A stretch of DNA of 64,000 nt, taken from the NCBI GenBank assembly GCA_027337125.1, contig GCA_027337125.1_3057.1, one strand, 5' to 3'. Source of the DNA: a phage. The translations under genes and the position numbers were made by a program. Numbering within the stretch: the first letter of the stretch is position 1; every line of letters starts with the position of its first letter. The notes beneath the pieces are model-generated. The model saw only the letters and a list, made by a program, of their open reading frames with translations. It did not search any database and was not told the origin of the DNA. Shown in pieces: positions 39,389 through 48,697 of the stretch.

Positions 39389-40308
<920 letters not shown>

Positions 40309-40310
40309 TA

Positions 40311-40331
40311 AGGCCTATACTTAGGCCTATT
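40311..40331 (+). terminator. Hairpin aggccta-tact-taggcct after the IPIII-like gene
   Basis: 7-bp perfect stem followed by attt; weak terminator. Confidence 0.35.
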
Positions 40332-40455
40332 TACATTCAAATAACATGGGAACAAGCTGGACCTCATGATTCTGTGAGGGATTCCCGCCAACCTGTAATA
40401 AGGTCGAGCCCAAGTGCGGTAATGGGTAAATACAGAAACGGACAATTCATGCGCC

Positions 40456-41028
40456 ATGGAATGGCCCAAATTTAGAGATAACAAAATGAAAACATTTTTA
40501 ACTGGTCCTTATCTATCCCTGATGAATGCTTTTACACACCATTCTGATGCTAGAGTAGAAGAAATTTGTAATAGTGGATTTTATGTACCTGATTCGCCAC
40601 ATTTATTTAAAGAATACTGCACACTTCGACTAGATGGTGGACGTCAATCCGGTAAATCAACTGCAGTAACTAATTTTGCCGCTAATTGGTTGTATGACGG
40701 TGGAACAGTTATTGTTCTTTCTAATACTTCAGCTTACGCTAAAATTTCTGCGGGCCACATTAAAAAAGAATTTTCACGCTATTCTAATGATGATATTCGA
40801 TTCCGTTTATTTACTGATTCTGTCCGTAGTTTTGTTGGTAATAGAGGTAGCAAGTTCAGAGGTTTATCGCTTTCGCGGATTTTGTATATAATCGATGAGC
40901 CTGTTAAATCTCCTGATATGGATAAAATTTATGATATTCATATTGAAACTGTGCAACACTGCTGCAATAGTAAATGTTGCATTGGTGGTATTACTCGTCC
41001 ACAGTTTTTCGTAATCGGAATGCAATGA
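40456..41028 (+). CDS. P-loop NTPase-like protein (hypothetical)
   Basis: Walker A GGRQSGKST and Walker B-like ILYIIDE; alternative start at 40486 (MKTFLTG). Confidence 0.65.
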   Translation: MEWPKFRDNKMKTFLTGPYLSLMNAFTHHSDARVEEICNSGFYVPDSPHLFKEYCTLRLDGGRQSGKSTAVTNFAANWLYDGGTVIVLSNTSAYAKISAGHIKKEFSRYSNDDIRFRLFTDSVRSFVGNRGSKFRGLSLSRILYIIDEPVKSPDMDKIYDIHIETVQHCCNSKCCIGGITRPQFFVIGMQ

Positions 41029-41354
41029 TGACAGACACACAGCTTTTCGAATATCTTTATTTTTCGCCAAAAACTATTAAAAATAAATTGGTGAATCATT
41101 TTGAAATTTTGGCAAATAACAACGTCTTGAGCGAATTTTATCCTAAGCAGTATAAACTACAAAAAGGTGTATTCAAAGGATGTAGAGTTTTGTGTACTGC
41201 TCCTAATGCACGGTTAATGAATAAAATTCCATATTTTACAATGGAATTTATTGATGGACCTTTTAAAGGACTAATTACCCAGAGTTTAATGGCATATGAT
41301 TCTGAGCCATTTTTAATTAAAGAACAATCTTGGATAAATTTATTTTCTAATTGA
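41025..41354 (+). CDS. Hypothetical protein
   Basis: 109 aa from ATGATG overlapping the upstream TGA. Confidence 0.55.
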   Translation: MMTDTQLFEYLYFSPKTIKNKLVNHFEILANNNVLSEFYPKQYKLQKGVFKGCRVLCTAPNARLMNKIPYFTMEFIDGPFKGLITQSLMAYDSEPFLIKEQSWINLFSN

Positions 41355-41361
41355 GGTTTAT

Positions 41362-41724
41362 ATGAAAGCATATCAAATTCTTGAAGGCACGCACAAAGGT
41401 ACTATTTATTTTGAAGATGGTATTCAAGCACGAATTATCGTTTCTAAAACCTTTAAAGAGGACTCTTTTGTAGACCCAGAAATTTTCTATGGTTTGCATG
41501 CCCGTGAAATTGAAATTGAGCCACAGCCTACAGTTAAAATTGAAGGTGGTCAGCACCTGAACGTTAACGTTCTGCGTCGTGAAACTCTGGAAGATGCAGT
41601 TAAGCATCCGGAAAAATATCCGCAGCTGACCATCCGTGTCTCCGGTTATGCAGTTCGCTTTAACTCTCTGACTCCGGAACAGCAGCGCGACGTTATCGCT
41701 CGTACCTTTACCGAGAGTTTGTAA
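41362..41724 (+). CDS. Autonomous glycyl-radical cofactor (GrcA/YfiD-like spare part)
   Basis: C-terminal [26 protein letters not shown] carries the glycyl-radical signature; 120 aa. Confidence 0.85.
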   Translation: MKAYQILEGTHKGTIYFEDGIQARIIVSKTFKEDSFVDPEIFYGLHAREIEIEPQPTVKIEGGQHLNVNVLRRETLEDAVKHPEKYPQLTIRVSGYAVRFNSLTPEQQRDVIARTFTESL

Positions 41725-41945
41725 TGGCAAAGATAATTATTGAAGGTTCTAAAGATGTGCTAAATGCTTTCGCCGAATGGTTTAGTAATTCAGGCGAACA
41801 GCAATTTAATGAAGCATGGAACATGGGTGATATTAGTGGAATTTATCCTACGACAGAAATTTCTGTTCAGGGATATGGCATTCATGAACCTATTCGTTTA
41901 GTTGAATATGATTTGGGTACTGGTGAGGAAGTAAAATATGATTGA
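41724..41945 (+). CDS. Hypothetical protein
   Basis: 73-aa ORF, overlapping start/stop with neighbours. Confidence 0.55.
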   Translation: MAKIIIEGSKDVLNAFAEWFSNSGEQQFNEAWNMGDISGIYPTTEISVQGYGIHEPIRLVEYDLGTGEEVKYD

Positions 41946-42204
41946 AGATATTAAGGGTTATAAGCCACATACTGACGATAAAATCAGTAAAGTGAATGCT
42001 ATTAAAGATGCTGAAGTTCGTTTAGGACTTATCTTTGACGCTTTATATGATGAATTCTGGGAAGCACTAGATAATTGTGAAGACTGTGAATTCGCGAAGA
42101 ATTATGCTGAAAGCCTCGATCAGTTAACTATTGCTAAAACGAAACTCAAAGAAGCCAGTATGTGGGCTTGTCGTGCTGTGTTCCAACCAGAGGAAAAATA
42201 TTAA
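41938..42204 (+). CDS. Hypothetical protein at the vs.4 position (candidate Acb2-type cyclic-nucleotide sponge)
   Basis: 88-aa acidic helical protein, second ORF upstream of regB; assignment is by synteny and size only. Confidence 0.5.
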   Translation: MIEDIKGYKPHTDDKISKVNAIKDAEVRLGLIFDALYDEFWEALDNCEDCEFAKNYAESLDQLTIAKTKLKEASMWACRAVFQPEEKY

Positions 42205-42482
42205 TGGCTCAATTAAGCGCAGGGTTTGGTTATGAGTATTATACTGCCCCTCGTCGTGTATCTGTTGCTCCTAAGAAAATTCAAAGTCTTGATGACTTCC
42301 AGGAAGTAGTTCGTAAAGCTTTCCATGACTATGCGAGTTATCTTAAAGAAGATTCACAGGACTGTCTCGAAGAAGATGAAATTGCTTACTATGAGCAGCG
42401 TCTTGAACAGCTTAAAAACCTACATGAGGTTCGTGCAGAAGTTTCAAAGTCTATGAATAAATTGATTAGATTTAAAGAATAA
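42204..42482 (+). CDS. Hypothetical protein (vs.3 position)
   Basis: Start set at Met 15 of the track ORF ([13 protein letters not shown]), TAATG overlap, GAGG RBS. Confidence 0.55.
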   Translation: MAQLSAGFGYEYYTAPRRVSVAPKKIQSLDDFQEVVRKAFHDYASYLKEDSQDCLEEDEIAYYEQRLEQLKNLHEVRAEVSKSMNKLIRFKE

Positions 42483-42484
42483 CT

Positions 42485-42514
42485 GTTTACTTTTCCTCTT
42501 GACTGTGGTATAAT
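42485..42514 (+). promoter_or_regulatory. T4-type early promoter upstream of regB
   Basis: -35 gtttac, 18-nt spacer, -10 tataat; AGGAG RBS follows. Confidence 0.6.
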
Positions 42515-42541
42515 TTTTCTATCAGTTAAGAGGAGAATAAC

Positions 42542-43003
42542 ATGACTATCAACACAGAAGTTTTTATCCGTCGAAATAAGCTCCGTCGTCACTTTGAGTC
42601 GGAGTTTCGTCAAATTAACAATGAGATTCGTGAGGCATCAAAAGCAGCAGGGGTCTCATCGTTTCATCTAAAATATTCTCAACATCTTCTTGATCGTGCA
42701 ATTCAACGGGAGATTGATGAGACATATGTTTTTGAATTATTCCATAAAATAAAAGACCATGTTTTAGAAGTTAATGAATTCCTAAGTATGCCTCCGCGTC
42801 CTGACATTAATGAGGATTTTATTGATGGGGTTGAATATCGTCCTGGGCGTTTAGAAATCACCGATGGAAATCTTTGGCTTGGATTTACAGTTTGTAAACC
42901 TAACGAGAAGTTCAAAGACCCGTCACTTCAGTGCAGGATGGCAATTATCAACAGTCGTCGTTTACCGGGAAAGGCTTCTAAAGCAGTAATTAAAACTCAA
43001 TGA
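42542..43003 (+). CDS. regB: RegB endoribonuclease
   Basis: 153 aa, MTINTEVFIRRNKLRRHFESEFRQINNEIREASK..., same length as T4 RegB. Confidence 0.92.
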   Translation: MTINTEVFIRRNKLRRHFESEFRQINNEIREASKAAGVSSFHLKYSQHLLDRAIQREIDETYVFELFHKIKDHVLEVNEFLSMPPRPDINEDFIDGVEYRPGRLEITDGNLWLGFTVCKPNEKFKDPSLQCRMAIINSRRLPGKASKAVIKTQ

Positions 43004-43010
43004 GGTAAGC

Positions 43011-43556
43011 ATGAGAAAAGCACTACTCGCTGGTCTATTGGCCATTTCAATGATGGCACATAGCTCCGAGCATACTTTCAGTAATGTCCAACTCGATAAC
43101 ATGCGTTACGCGTATCAATTCGGGGAACAATTTTCTAAGGATGGAAAATATAAAACACACAAAAATATCCACAAGAGCGGATTAGGTCATATAATGGCTG
43201 CTATTTTATGGCAAGAAAGCTCTGCCGGAGTTAATTTAAAATCTAAACCAAAGCATCACGCTTATGGAATGTTCCAAAATTATTTGCCTACTATGCGAGC
43301 AAGAGTTAAGGAACTTGGTTATAATATGACCGATGCTGAAATAAAAAGAATGTTGAATAAACGATCCAATTCAGCTTCATGGGCGTACATTGAACTTTCT
43401 TATTGGTTAAATATACATAAGGGTGATATAAGAAAAGCAATATCCTCTTATAATTCGGGATGGAATGTTAAAGCAGGTTCTAAATATGCTTCTGAAGTCC
43501 TAGAAAAGGCTAATTACCTTAAAAATAATAAACTTTTGGAAATAGTAAATGACTAA
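43011..43556 (+). CDS. vs.1: Vs.1-like secreted protein (lysozyme-like/transglycosylase fold suspected)
   Basis: 181 aa with N-terminal signal peptide MRKALLAGLLAISMMAHS; position after regB. Confidence 0.75.
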   Translation: MRKALLAGLLAISMMAHSSEHTFSNVQLDNMRYAYQFGEQFSKDGKYKTHKNIHKSGLGHIMAAILWQESSAGVNLKSKPKHHAYGMFQNYLPTMRARVKELGYNMTDAEIKRMLNKRSNSASWAYIELSYWLNIHKGDIRKAISSYNSGWNVKAGSKYASEVLEKANYLKNNKLLEIVND

Positions 43557-43896
43557 AATTTTGGTTTTATGTATAGGATTAATTTCATTTTCTGCTTATG
43601 CGTCAGCAGATACATCATATACTGAAATTAGAGAGTATGTAAACCGTACTGCCGCGGATTATTGCGGGAAAAATAAAGCATGCCAAGCTGAATTTGCGCA
43701 GAAATTAATATATGCATATAAAGACGGAGAAAGAGATAAATCAAGCAGATACAAAAATGATACTTTATTAAAACGATATGCTAAAAAGTGGAATACCTTA
43801 GAATGTTCAGTTGCGGAGGAGAAAGATAAAGCCGCTTGTCATTCAATGGTTGACCGTTTGGTAGATTCTTATAATCGAGGATTGAGTACTAGATGA
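43549..43896 (+). CDS. Vs-like protein with signal peptide (by position)
   Basis: 115 aa, signal-peptide-like N-terminus, four Cys; naming by synteny only. Confidence 0.6.
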   Translation: MTKILVLCIGLISFSAYASADTSYTEIREYVNRTAADYCGKNKACQAEFAQKLIYAYKDGERDKSSRYKNDTLLKRYAKKWNTLECSVAEEKDKAACHSMVDRLVDSYNRGLSTR

Positions 43897-44372
43897 TTGT
43901 AAAATATATCAAGGGCGATATTGTCGCCCTATTTCTTCAAGGTAATATTATTGCGCATGGGTGCAACTGCTTTCATACTATGGGTTCAGGTGTAGCAGGT
44001 CAATTAGCAAGGGCCTATCCTAAAATTTTAGAAATAGATAAAACCACAACTGAATATGGTTCGCGTGAAAAACTTGGTGATATGTCTATTGTTTTTAAAC
44101 ATAATCCTACAGGATTTGGTATATGCTATAACCTGTATACACAATACGAACCAGGTCCTAATCTTGATTATGGTGCTTTAGTAAACTGCATGATAGAATT
44201 AAATCTACAGGCAGAAACCCTTTTGTTTAAACCAGTAATTTACATTCCACGCATAGGTTGTGGTATTGCTGGCGGTGATTGGGATAAGGTTTCTAAATTA
44301 ATCGACATGTTTACTCCTGATATTGATTTAATAGTGGTGGATTATGAAAGCACATTACCCGCATCCGTTTGA
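43893..44372 (+). CDS. Macro-domain protein (ADP-ribose binding/hydrolase fold)
   Basis: KGDIVALFLQGNIIAHGCNCFHTMGSGVAGQL and IPRIGCGIAGGDW match the macro-domain N-terminal Gly-rich and C-terminal G-x-G-x-x-G motifs (compare E. coli YmdB). Confidence 0.75.
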   Translation: MIVKYIKGDIVALFLQGNIIAHGCNCFHTMGSGVAGQLARAYPKILEIDKTTTEYGSREKLGDMSIVFKHNPTGFGICYNLYTQYEPGPNLDYGALVNCMIELNLQAETLLFKPVIYIPRIGCGIAGGDWDKVSKLIDMFTPDIDLIVVDYESTLPASV

Positions 44373-44556
44373 TCCTAAAAACAAAGCAGAAATTATTCGT
44401 CAATGGGAACGCATTTGCCGTACTAAATGCCCAATTAATAGTCCACATGATGTAGATAAAGACTATATTGGAACATTCGTTGAATATACCTTTATTGATA
44501 AGAAAGGTCGTAAACAGCATGTAGAAGAATATTGCTTAAAGGTTACATGGTTATGA
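44344..44556 (+). CDS. Hypothetical protein
   Basis: 70-aa ORF. Confidence 0.5.
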   Translation: MKAHYPHPFDPKNKAEIIRQWERICRTKCPINSPHDVDKDYIGTFVEYTFIDKKGRKQHVEEYCLKVTWL

Positions 44557-44738
44557 GTTTAAGTAAAGAACAGAAAGATAAATTGTTTGAGCTTATCCAT
44601 GAACTTCTAGATGAGCATACAGAAGCAAACACCTTTTATGATGAATACGGCCCGCTATCTCCCGAACAGCAGGAAGAATTTGCTGAACGGTTTGATAAGA
44701 AAGAAAATGAATTAATAGCTTATGTGAATACACTTTAA
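44532..44738 (+). CDS. Hypothetical acidic protein
   Basis: 68-aa ORF; probable start at 44553 (ATGA overlap). Confidence 0.5.
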   Translation: MLKGYMVMSLSKEQKDKLFELIHELLDEHTEANTFYDEYGPLSPEQQEEFAERFDKKENELIAYVNTL

Positions 44739-44747
44739 GAAGGTGAT

Positions 44748-45329
44748 ATGGCGAGTTTAATTTTTACTTATGCAGCAATGAATGCTGGAAAATCTGCTTC
44801 TCTTTTGACTGCTGCGCATAATTATAAAGAACGTGGAATGAGTGTATTAGTTCTTAAGCCTGCTATTGATATTCGCGATTCTGTCTGTGAAGTTGTTTCT
44901 CGCATTGGAATTAAACAGGAAGCGAATATTATTACAGATGATATGGATATTTTCGAGTTCTATAAATGGGCTGAAGCACAAAAAGATATTCATTGCGTAT
45001 TTGTAGATGAAGCTCAGTTTTTAAAAACTGAACAAGTACACCAATTAAGCCGGATTGTTGATACATATAATGTTCCTGTTATGGCTTATGGATTAAGAAC
45101 TGATTTCGCTGGAAAATTATTTGAAGGTTCTAAAGAACTTTTGGCGATTGCTGATAAACTTATTGAGCTTAAAGCGGTTTGTCACTGTGGTAAAAAAGCT
45201 ATTATGACCGCTCGATTAATGGAAGATGGAACCCCAGTTAAAGAAGGCGATCAAATTTGTATTGGTGATGAAATTTACGTATCTTTATGTAGAAAACATT
45301 GGAACGAATTAACTAAAAAGCTAGATTAG
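44748..45329 (+). CDS. tk: Thymidine kinase
   Basis: 193 aa; P-loop AAMNAGKSASLL, C-terminal zinc ribbon CHCGKK...CIGDE...C. Confidence 0.95.
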   Translation: MASLIFTYAAMNAGKSASLLTAAHNYKERGMSVLVLKPAIDIRDSVCEVVSRIGIKQEANIITDDMDIFEFYKWAEAQKDIHCVFVDEAQFLKTEQVHQLSRIVDTYNVPVMAYGLRTDFAGKLFEGSKELLAIADKLIELKAVCHCGKKAIMTARLMEDGTPVKEGDQICIGDEIYVSLCRKHWNELTKKLD

Positions 45330-45338
45330 CGCAAAAGT

Positions 45339-45346
45339 TATAAATA
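45339..45346 (+). promoter_or_regulatory. Late promoter TATAAATA upstream of the rI-region genes
   Basis: tataaata 26 nt upstream of the 45372 ATG. Confidence 0.4.
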
Positions 45347-45371
45347 GGTTTATCTAACTAAAGGGGTATAT

Positions 45372-45584
45372 ATGCTACAATTAACTGAAAAGCAACTTCG
45401 CAATCTTACTGTGCTTCAATTAGATGAAATTCGTAGAGAAGTTGGAAATGTTATTTCAGCTTTGCGTCGAGAAGTATCAATCAACCAATCTCCGGCAGAC
45501 TATACCAGATTGCGAAATTTTGAAAAATACCTTGATAAAGTTAAGGCCGTACATCGGCATAAAGTAAATACAGGACAAAAATGA
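45372..45584 (+). CDS. Hypothetical protein (rI.1 position)
   Basis: 70 aa, AAGGGG RBS. Confidence 0.6.
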   Translation: MLQLTEKQLRNLTVLQLDEIRREVGNVISALRREVSINQSPADYTRLRNFEKYLDKVKAVHRHKVNTGQK

Positions 45585-45596
45585 TAGGAGGCCTTT

Positions 45597-45890
45597 ATGG
45601 CCTTAAAAGCAACGGCACTATTTGCCATGCTAGGATTGTCATTTGTTTTATCTCCATCTATTGAAGCGAATGTCAATCCTCATTTTGATAAATTTATGGA
45701 ATCTGGTATTAGGCATGTTTATACACTTTTTGAAAACAAAAGCGTAGAATCGTCTGAACAATTCTATAGTTTTATGAGAACGACCTATAAAAATGACCCG
45801 TGCTCTTCTGATTTTGAATGTATAGAACGAGGCGCGGAGATGGCACAATCATACGCTAGAATTATGAACATTAAATTGGAGACTGAATGA
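45597..45890 (+). CDS. rI: Lysis inhibition regulator RI (antiholin)
   Basis: 97 aa; MALKATALFAMLGLSFVLSPSIEANVNPHFDKFMESGIRHVY... with signal-anchor N-terminus. Confidence 0.9.
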   Translation: MALKATALFAMLGLSFVLSPSIEANVNPHFDKFMESGIRHVYTLFENKSVESSEQFYSFMRTTYKNDPCSSDFECIERGAEMAQSYARIMNIKLETE

Positions 45891-46273
45891 AATTCAGCGA
45901 CTTTTCACAAAGTGGAAAACCTTCGAAGGCAGATGAATACTTAGGTTTATTAATGGCTGCACAAGCTTATTTTCATTCTGCACATTTTGAAACTAAAAGT
46001 TATGCTAGACACAAAGCATACGATTTTATTTTTTCCGAGTTACCAGATTTGATTGACAAATTTGGTGAGCAGTATTTGGGGTATTCTGGTAGAAAATACA
46101 CTCCTTCAATTCCAGATGCTAGTAAACTTCCTACCGATACAATTAAAATGATTGATCACATACTAGACCAATCTAACAGCATTTATAAAGAAATGCCTCC
46201 AGCCATTCAAAGCACGATAGATGATATTACTGGAATGTTTTATCAAAGTAAATATCTTCTTTCCCTCGAATAA
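45887..46273 (+). CDS. Hypothetical protein (rI.-1 position)
   Basis: 128 aa, ATGA overlap with rI. Confidence 0.65.
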   Translation: MKFSDFSQSGKPSKADEYLGLLMAAQAYFHSAHFETKSYARHKAYDFIFSELPDLIDKFGEQYLGYSGRKYTPSIPDASKLPTDTIKMIDHILDQSNSIYKEMPPAIQSTIDDITGMFYQSKYLLSLE

Positions 46274-46277
46274 CATT

Positions 46278-46300
46278 AGTCTCCTTCGGGAGACTTTTTT
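46278..46300 (+). terminator. Intrinsic terminator (agtctcc-ttcg-ggagact + U6)
   Basis: Perfect hairpin then tttttt. Confidence 0.75.
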
Positions 46301-46310
46301 CATTTTACCA

Positions 46311-46340
46311 GTTTACTTTTCGTTTGAGCCGTGGTACTAT
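46311..46340 (+). promoter_or_regulatory. T4-type early promoter with conserved ggtactatacaactatcaa cassette
   Basis: -35 gtttac, 18-nt spacer, -10 tactat. Confidence 0.6.
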
Positions 46341-46368
46341 ACAACTATCAAATAAAGAGGAGAACATC

Positions 46369-46557
46369 ATGAAAATTGAAGCACTCAATCAAGAAGGAAA
46401 TATCTATGTCATCATTAATGGTGATTTTTTCGTCGACATGGATGAAGTCACTAGTGAAGAACTTGTAGAATTTCTTAAGAAACGCTATAATATGTGTGAT
46501 GAAGCTGCAACTCACATGGCGTGTGCAATATTCTCTCTTTCATATGTGGTGGAATAA
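46369..46557 (+). CDS. Small hypothetical protein
   Basis: 62 aa ([10 protein letters not shown]...) from the first ATG after the promoter, GAGGAG RBS. Confidence 0.6.
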   Translation: MKIEALNQEGNIYVIINGDFFVDMDEVTSEELVEFLKKRYNMCDEAATHMACAIFSLSYVVE

Positions 46558-46760
46558 TGATTAGTATCGAACAAGCGGATAAGATTAAAGAATTGGTGGC
46601 TTTAATTCGTAAAGCAGATGAGGAACTTAGTGACTTTGGTTGGTTTTCGTCAGGCATTGCAAATAAAGGTATTGATGAATTTGAAGCTAAAGTTGATAAT
46701 GCTATGGAAGCTTTAGATAGGTTTCTTGATGAAATTATCGATCACAATACGAGAGTTTAA
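46557..46760 (+). CDS. Small hypothetical protein
   Basis: 67 aa; TAATG overlap with the upstream ORF. Confidence 0.55.
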   Translation: MISIEQADKIKELVALIRKADEELSDFGWFSSGIANKGIDEFEAKVDNAMEALDRFLDEIIDHNTRV

Positions 46761-46762
46761 GT

Positions 46763-46957
46763 ATGCTGACACACGAACAGTTTGAAAAAATCATTAAATT
46801 AGCACGTGATGTTGAAATAGATTCATATCAATTAGCAGTTGAGCATTGCGAAGGATATTCATACGAAGGTATAGCAGCAGCTAAAAAGGATTTGGATAAA
46901 TCTAAAGCTAAGTTAGTTCAATATCTTGAAATGATTAGGTGGAATAATGAAAACTGA
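46763..46957 (+). CDS. Small hypothetical protein
   Basis: 64-aa ORF. Confidence 0.55.
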   Translation: MLTHEQFEKIIKLARDVEIDSYQLAVEHCEGYSYEGIAAAKKDLDKSKAKLVQYLEMIRWNNEN

Positions 46958-47120
46958 AAAGCAGATGTTTTTAATGAAGCTAATTGAAGAATATGCTAAT
47001 GCAGTTTCTGACTATGAGTATTCTTCTCGTGAAAGAGGTACAGCTTTCGCCAAAGAAGAAATGAAAATCATGGTTGATGCTCATACAAAGCTTCAAAATT
47101 TTATTGAAAACAACATTTAA
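46947..47120 (+). CDS. Small hypothetical protein (57 aa)
   Basis: ATG overlaps the upstream ORF end; MKTEKQMFLMKLIEEYANAVSDYEY...; below the track cut-off. Confidence 0.45.
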   Translation: MKTEKQMFLMKLIEEYANAVSDYEYSSRERGTAFAKEEMKIMVDAHTKLQNFIENNI

Positions 47121-47122
47121 CG

Positions 47123-47152
47123 GTTTACAAGTTGGCAAGGTTATGGTATAGT
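47123..47152 (+). promoter_or_regulatory. T4-type early promoter
   Basis: -35 gtttac, 18-nt spacer, -10 tatagt. Confidence 0.55.
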
Positions 47153-47287
47153 AATCTTGTCAACTGCCAAGGAGAAGAGAATGAAAGTTTTGTTTGTTGT
47201 GTATGTGATGATTCAATATAATTACCCAATGTTTACTTATAATCTAGTGAACAACATTATTGATATTATTCAAAGGAGTATGTAACT

Positions 47288-47611
47288 GTGAGTGAGTCGA
47301 AGAGAATCAATATGAAACGATTAGTACTAGAAGTTAGTTCACTTTTTGGTGAATTGGCTATAGAAAAAGTAAATAACATGTATCGTTTGACGCAAGAAGA
47401 CGATATGCTATATTTTACGCCTAGCGAAATTATTCATTTAACCCAAATTGAAAAACCTTACACTGATAAAATTGTAAGCATTAATGATGAGCATAAAATT
47501 CATTTTTATTCTTTATGCCCAGGATTTAATATTGAAAGCGAGTCAATATGCTTATCAATTAATAATTGGGATAATTTTATAGCTAAGATTAAATATTTTC
47601 TATTATTCTAA
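47288..47611 (+). CDS. Hypothetical protein
   Basis: 107-aa ORF; start is GTG (AGGAG 9-10 nt upstream) or the ATG at 47312. Confidence 0.5.
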   Translation: MSESKRINMKRLVLEVSSLFGELAIEKVNNMYRLTQEDDMLYFTPSEIIHLTQIEKPYTDKIVSINDEHKIHFYSLCPGFNIESESICLSINNWDNFIAKIKYFLLF

Positions 47612-47843
47612 TGAAAGAAAACATGGTTTAAAATGGTTTAAAAATTGCAATGCTATTATTACTAACGCTTGTAATCAAAATTATGAAACTGTTTTAAATG
47701 TATCAAAATGCTATGAAGAGGGAGATGTCTTAACTATTCGTCAATCGGTAAATGATGTTAATGCTGTTGTATTAAACAAAGAAGAAGCTGTTTTATTAAA
47801 GACTTATCTTGATTCTGTCATTCCAACTATGATTTCAAAGTGA
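47612..47843 (+). pseudogene. ~75-codon open frame without any start codon, following the 47288 ORF in a different frame (possible frameshifted remnant)
   Basis: Frame runs through 47843 (...VIPTMISK*) with no in-frame ATG/GTG/TTG near its 5' end. Confidence 0.25.
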
Positions 47844-47917
47844 GGAAATATGTTTATTTCAAGTGGAACAGACCTGTGTTATAAATGCAAAGCAAAATTA
47901 AATGAGACGAAGAACCA

Positions 47918-48697
47918 ATGAATTATACTAAAGTATATAATAATTTAATTAAGAAAGGAAAACTCAGAAAATTAGATAAATCTAAATTAAATTTTTATAC
48001 GGAAAAGCATCATATTATTCCATCTTGTATTGGTGGTAATGATGATTCTGATAATCTAGTTTTATTAACAGCTAGAGAGCATTTTATAGCCCATTGGCTT
48101 TTAGCTAAAATTCATTATAATTCGCCTGGATTAATTTATGCATGGTGGTCATTTTATAATTTTGGAGAAGATTCTTTAGGAAGAAATCTCAAATTAACTT
48201 CAAGAGGATATCAGTTAGTTAGAGAAAAATTTTCAAAAATACATTCTAATACAATGAAAGAAATGTGGAAGTCTAATGAATACAGAGAAAAACGTTCGAT
48301 AACATTAAGTCTTCCTGAAATAAGGGCTAAAATTTCAGAATCCCAGTTAGAAGCACAAAACAAACCGGAAGTTAAAGAAAAAATATCTAAAGGGGTGAAA
48401 GCTGCTTTTAAACGACCGGGAGTTAAAGAAAAACACTCTGCTGCAGTCAAAAAATCTTTGAATAATTTTGAAACTAAAAAGAAACAATCAAATTCATCTA
48501 AAATTAGACAAAGAACTGGTAAACATTGGCAAGACTATGACTTACTTTATAAGTTATGGATTAAATTAAATAGACCTAAACGCGGGTCATTCGGAACTTA
48601 TATAAGTAAATTAGGATATCCAAAATCTAATTATCATCGATTGATTGTACAATTTAATGAAGATTATGAAAGGTCTAATAATGAAAACTGTAGTTAA
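47918..48697 (+). CDS. mobD: Mob-family HNH homing endonuclease
   Basis: MNYTKVYNNL...EKHHIIPSCIGGNDDSDNLVLLTAREHFIAHWLL plus repeated KPEVKEK modules; located between the rI block and the nrdC.x block as T4 mobD is. Confidence 0.85.
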   Translation: MNYTKVYNNLIKKGKLRKLDKSKLNFYTEKHHIIPSCIGGNDDSDNLVLLTAREHFIAHWLLAKIHYNSPGLIYAWWSFYNFGEDSLGRNLKLTSRGYQLVREKFSKIHSNTMKEMWKSNEYREKRSITLSLPEIRAKISESQLEAQNKPEVKEKISKGVKAAFKRPGVKEKHSAAVKKSLNNFETKKKQSNSSKIRQRTGKHWQDYDLLYKLWIKLNRPKRGSFGTYISKLGYPKSNYHRLIVQFNEDYERSNNENCS

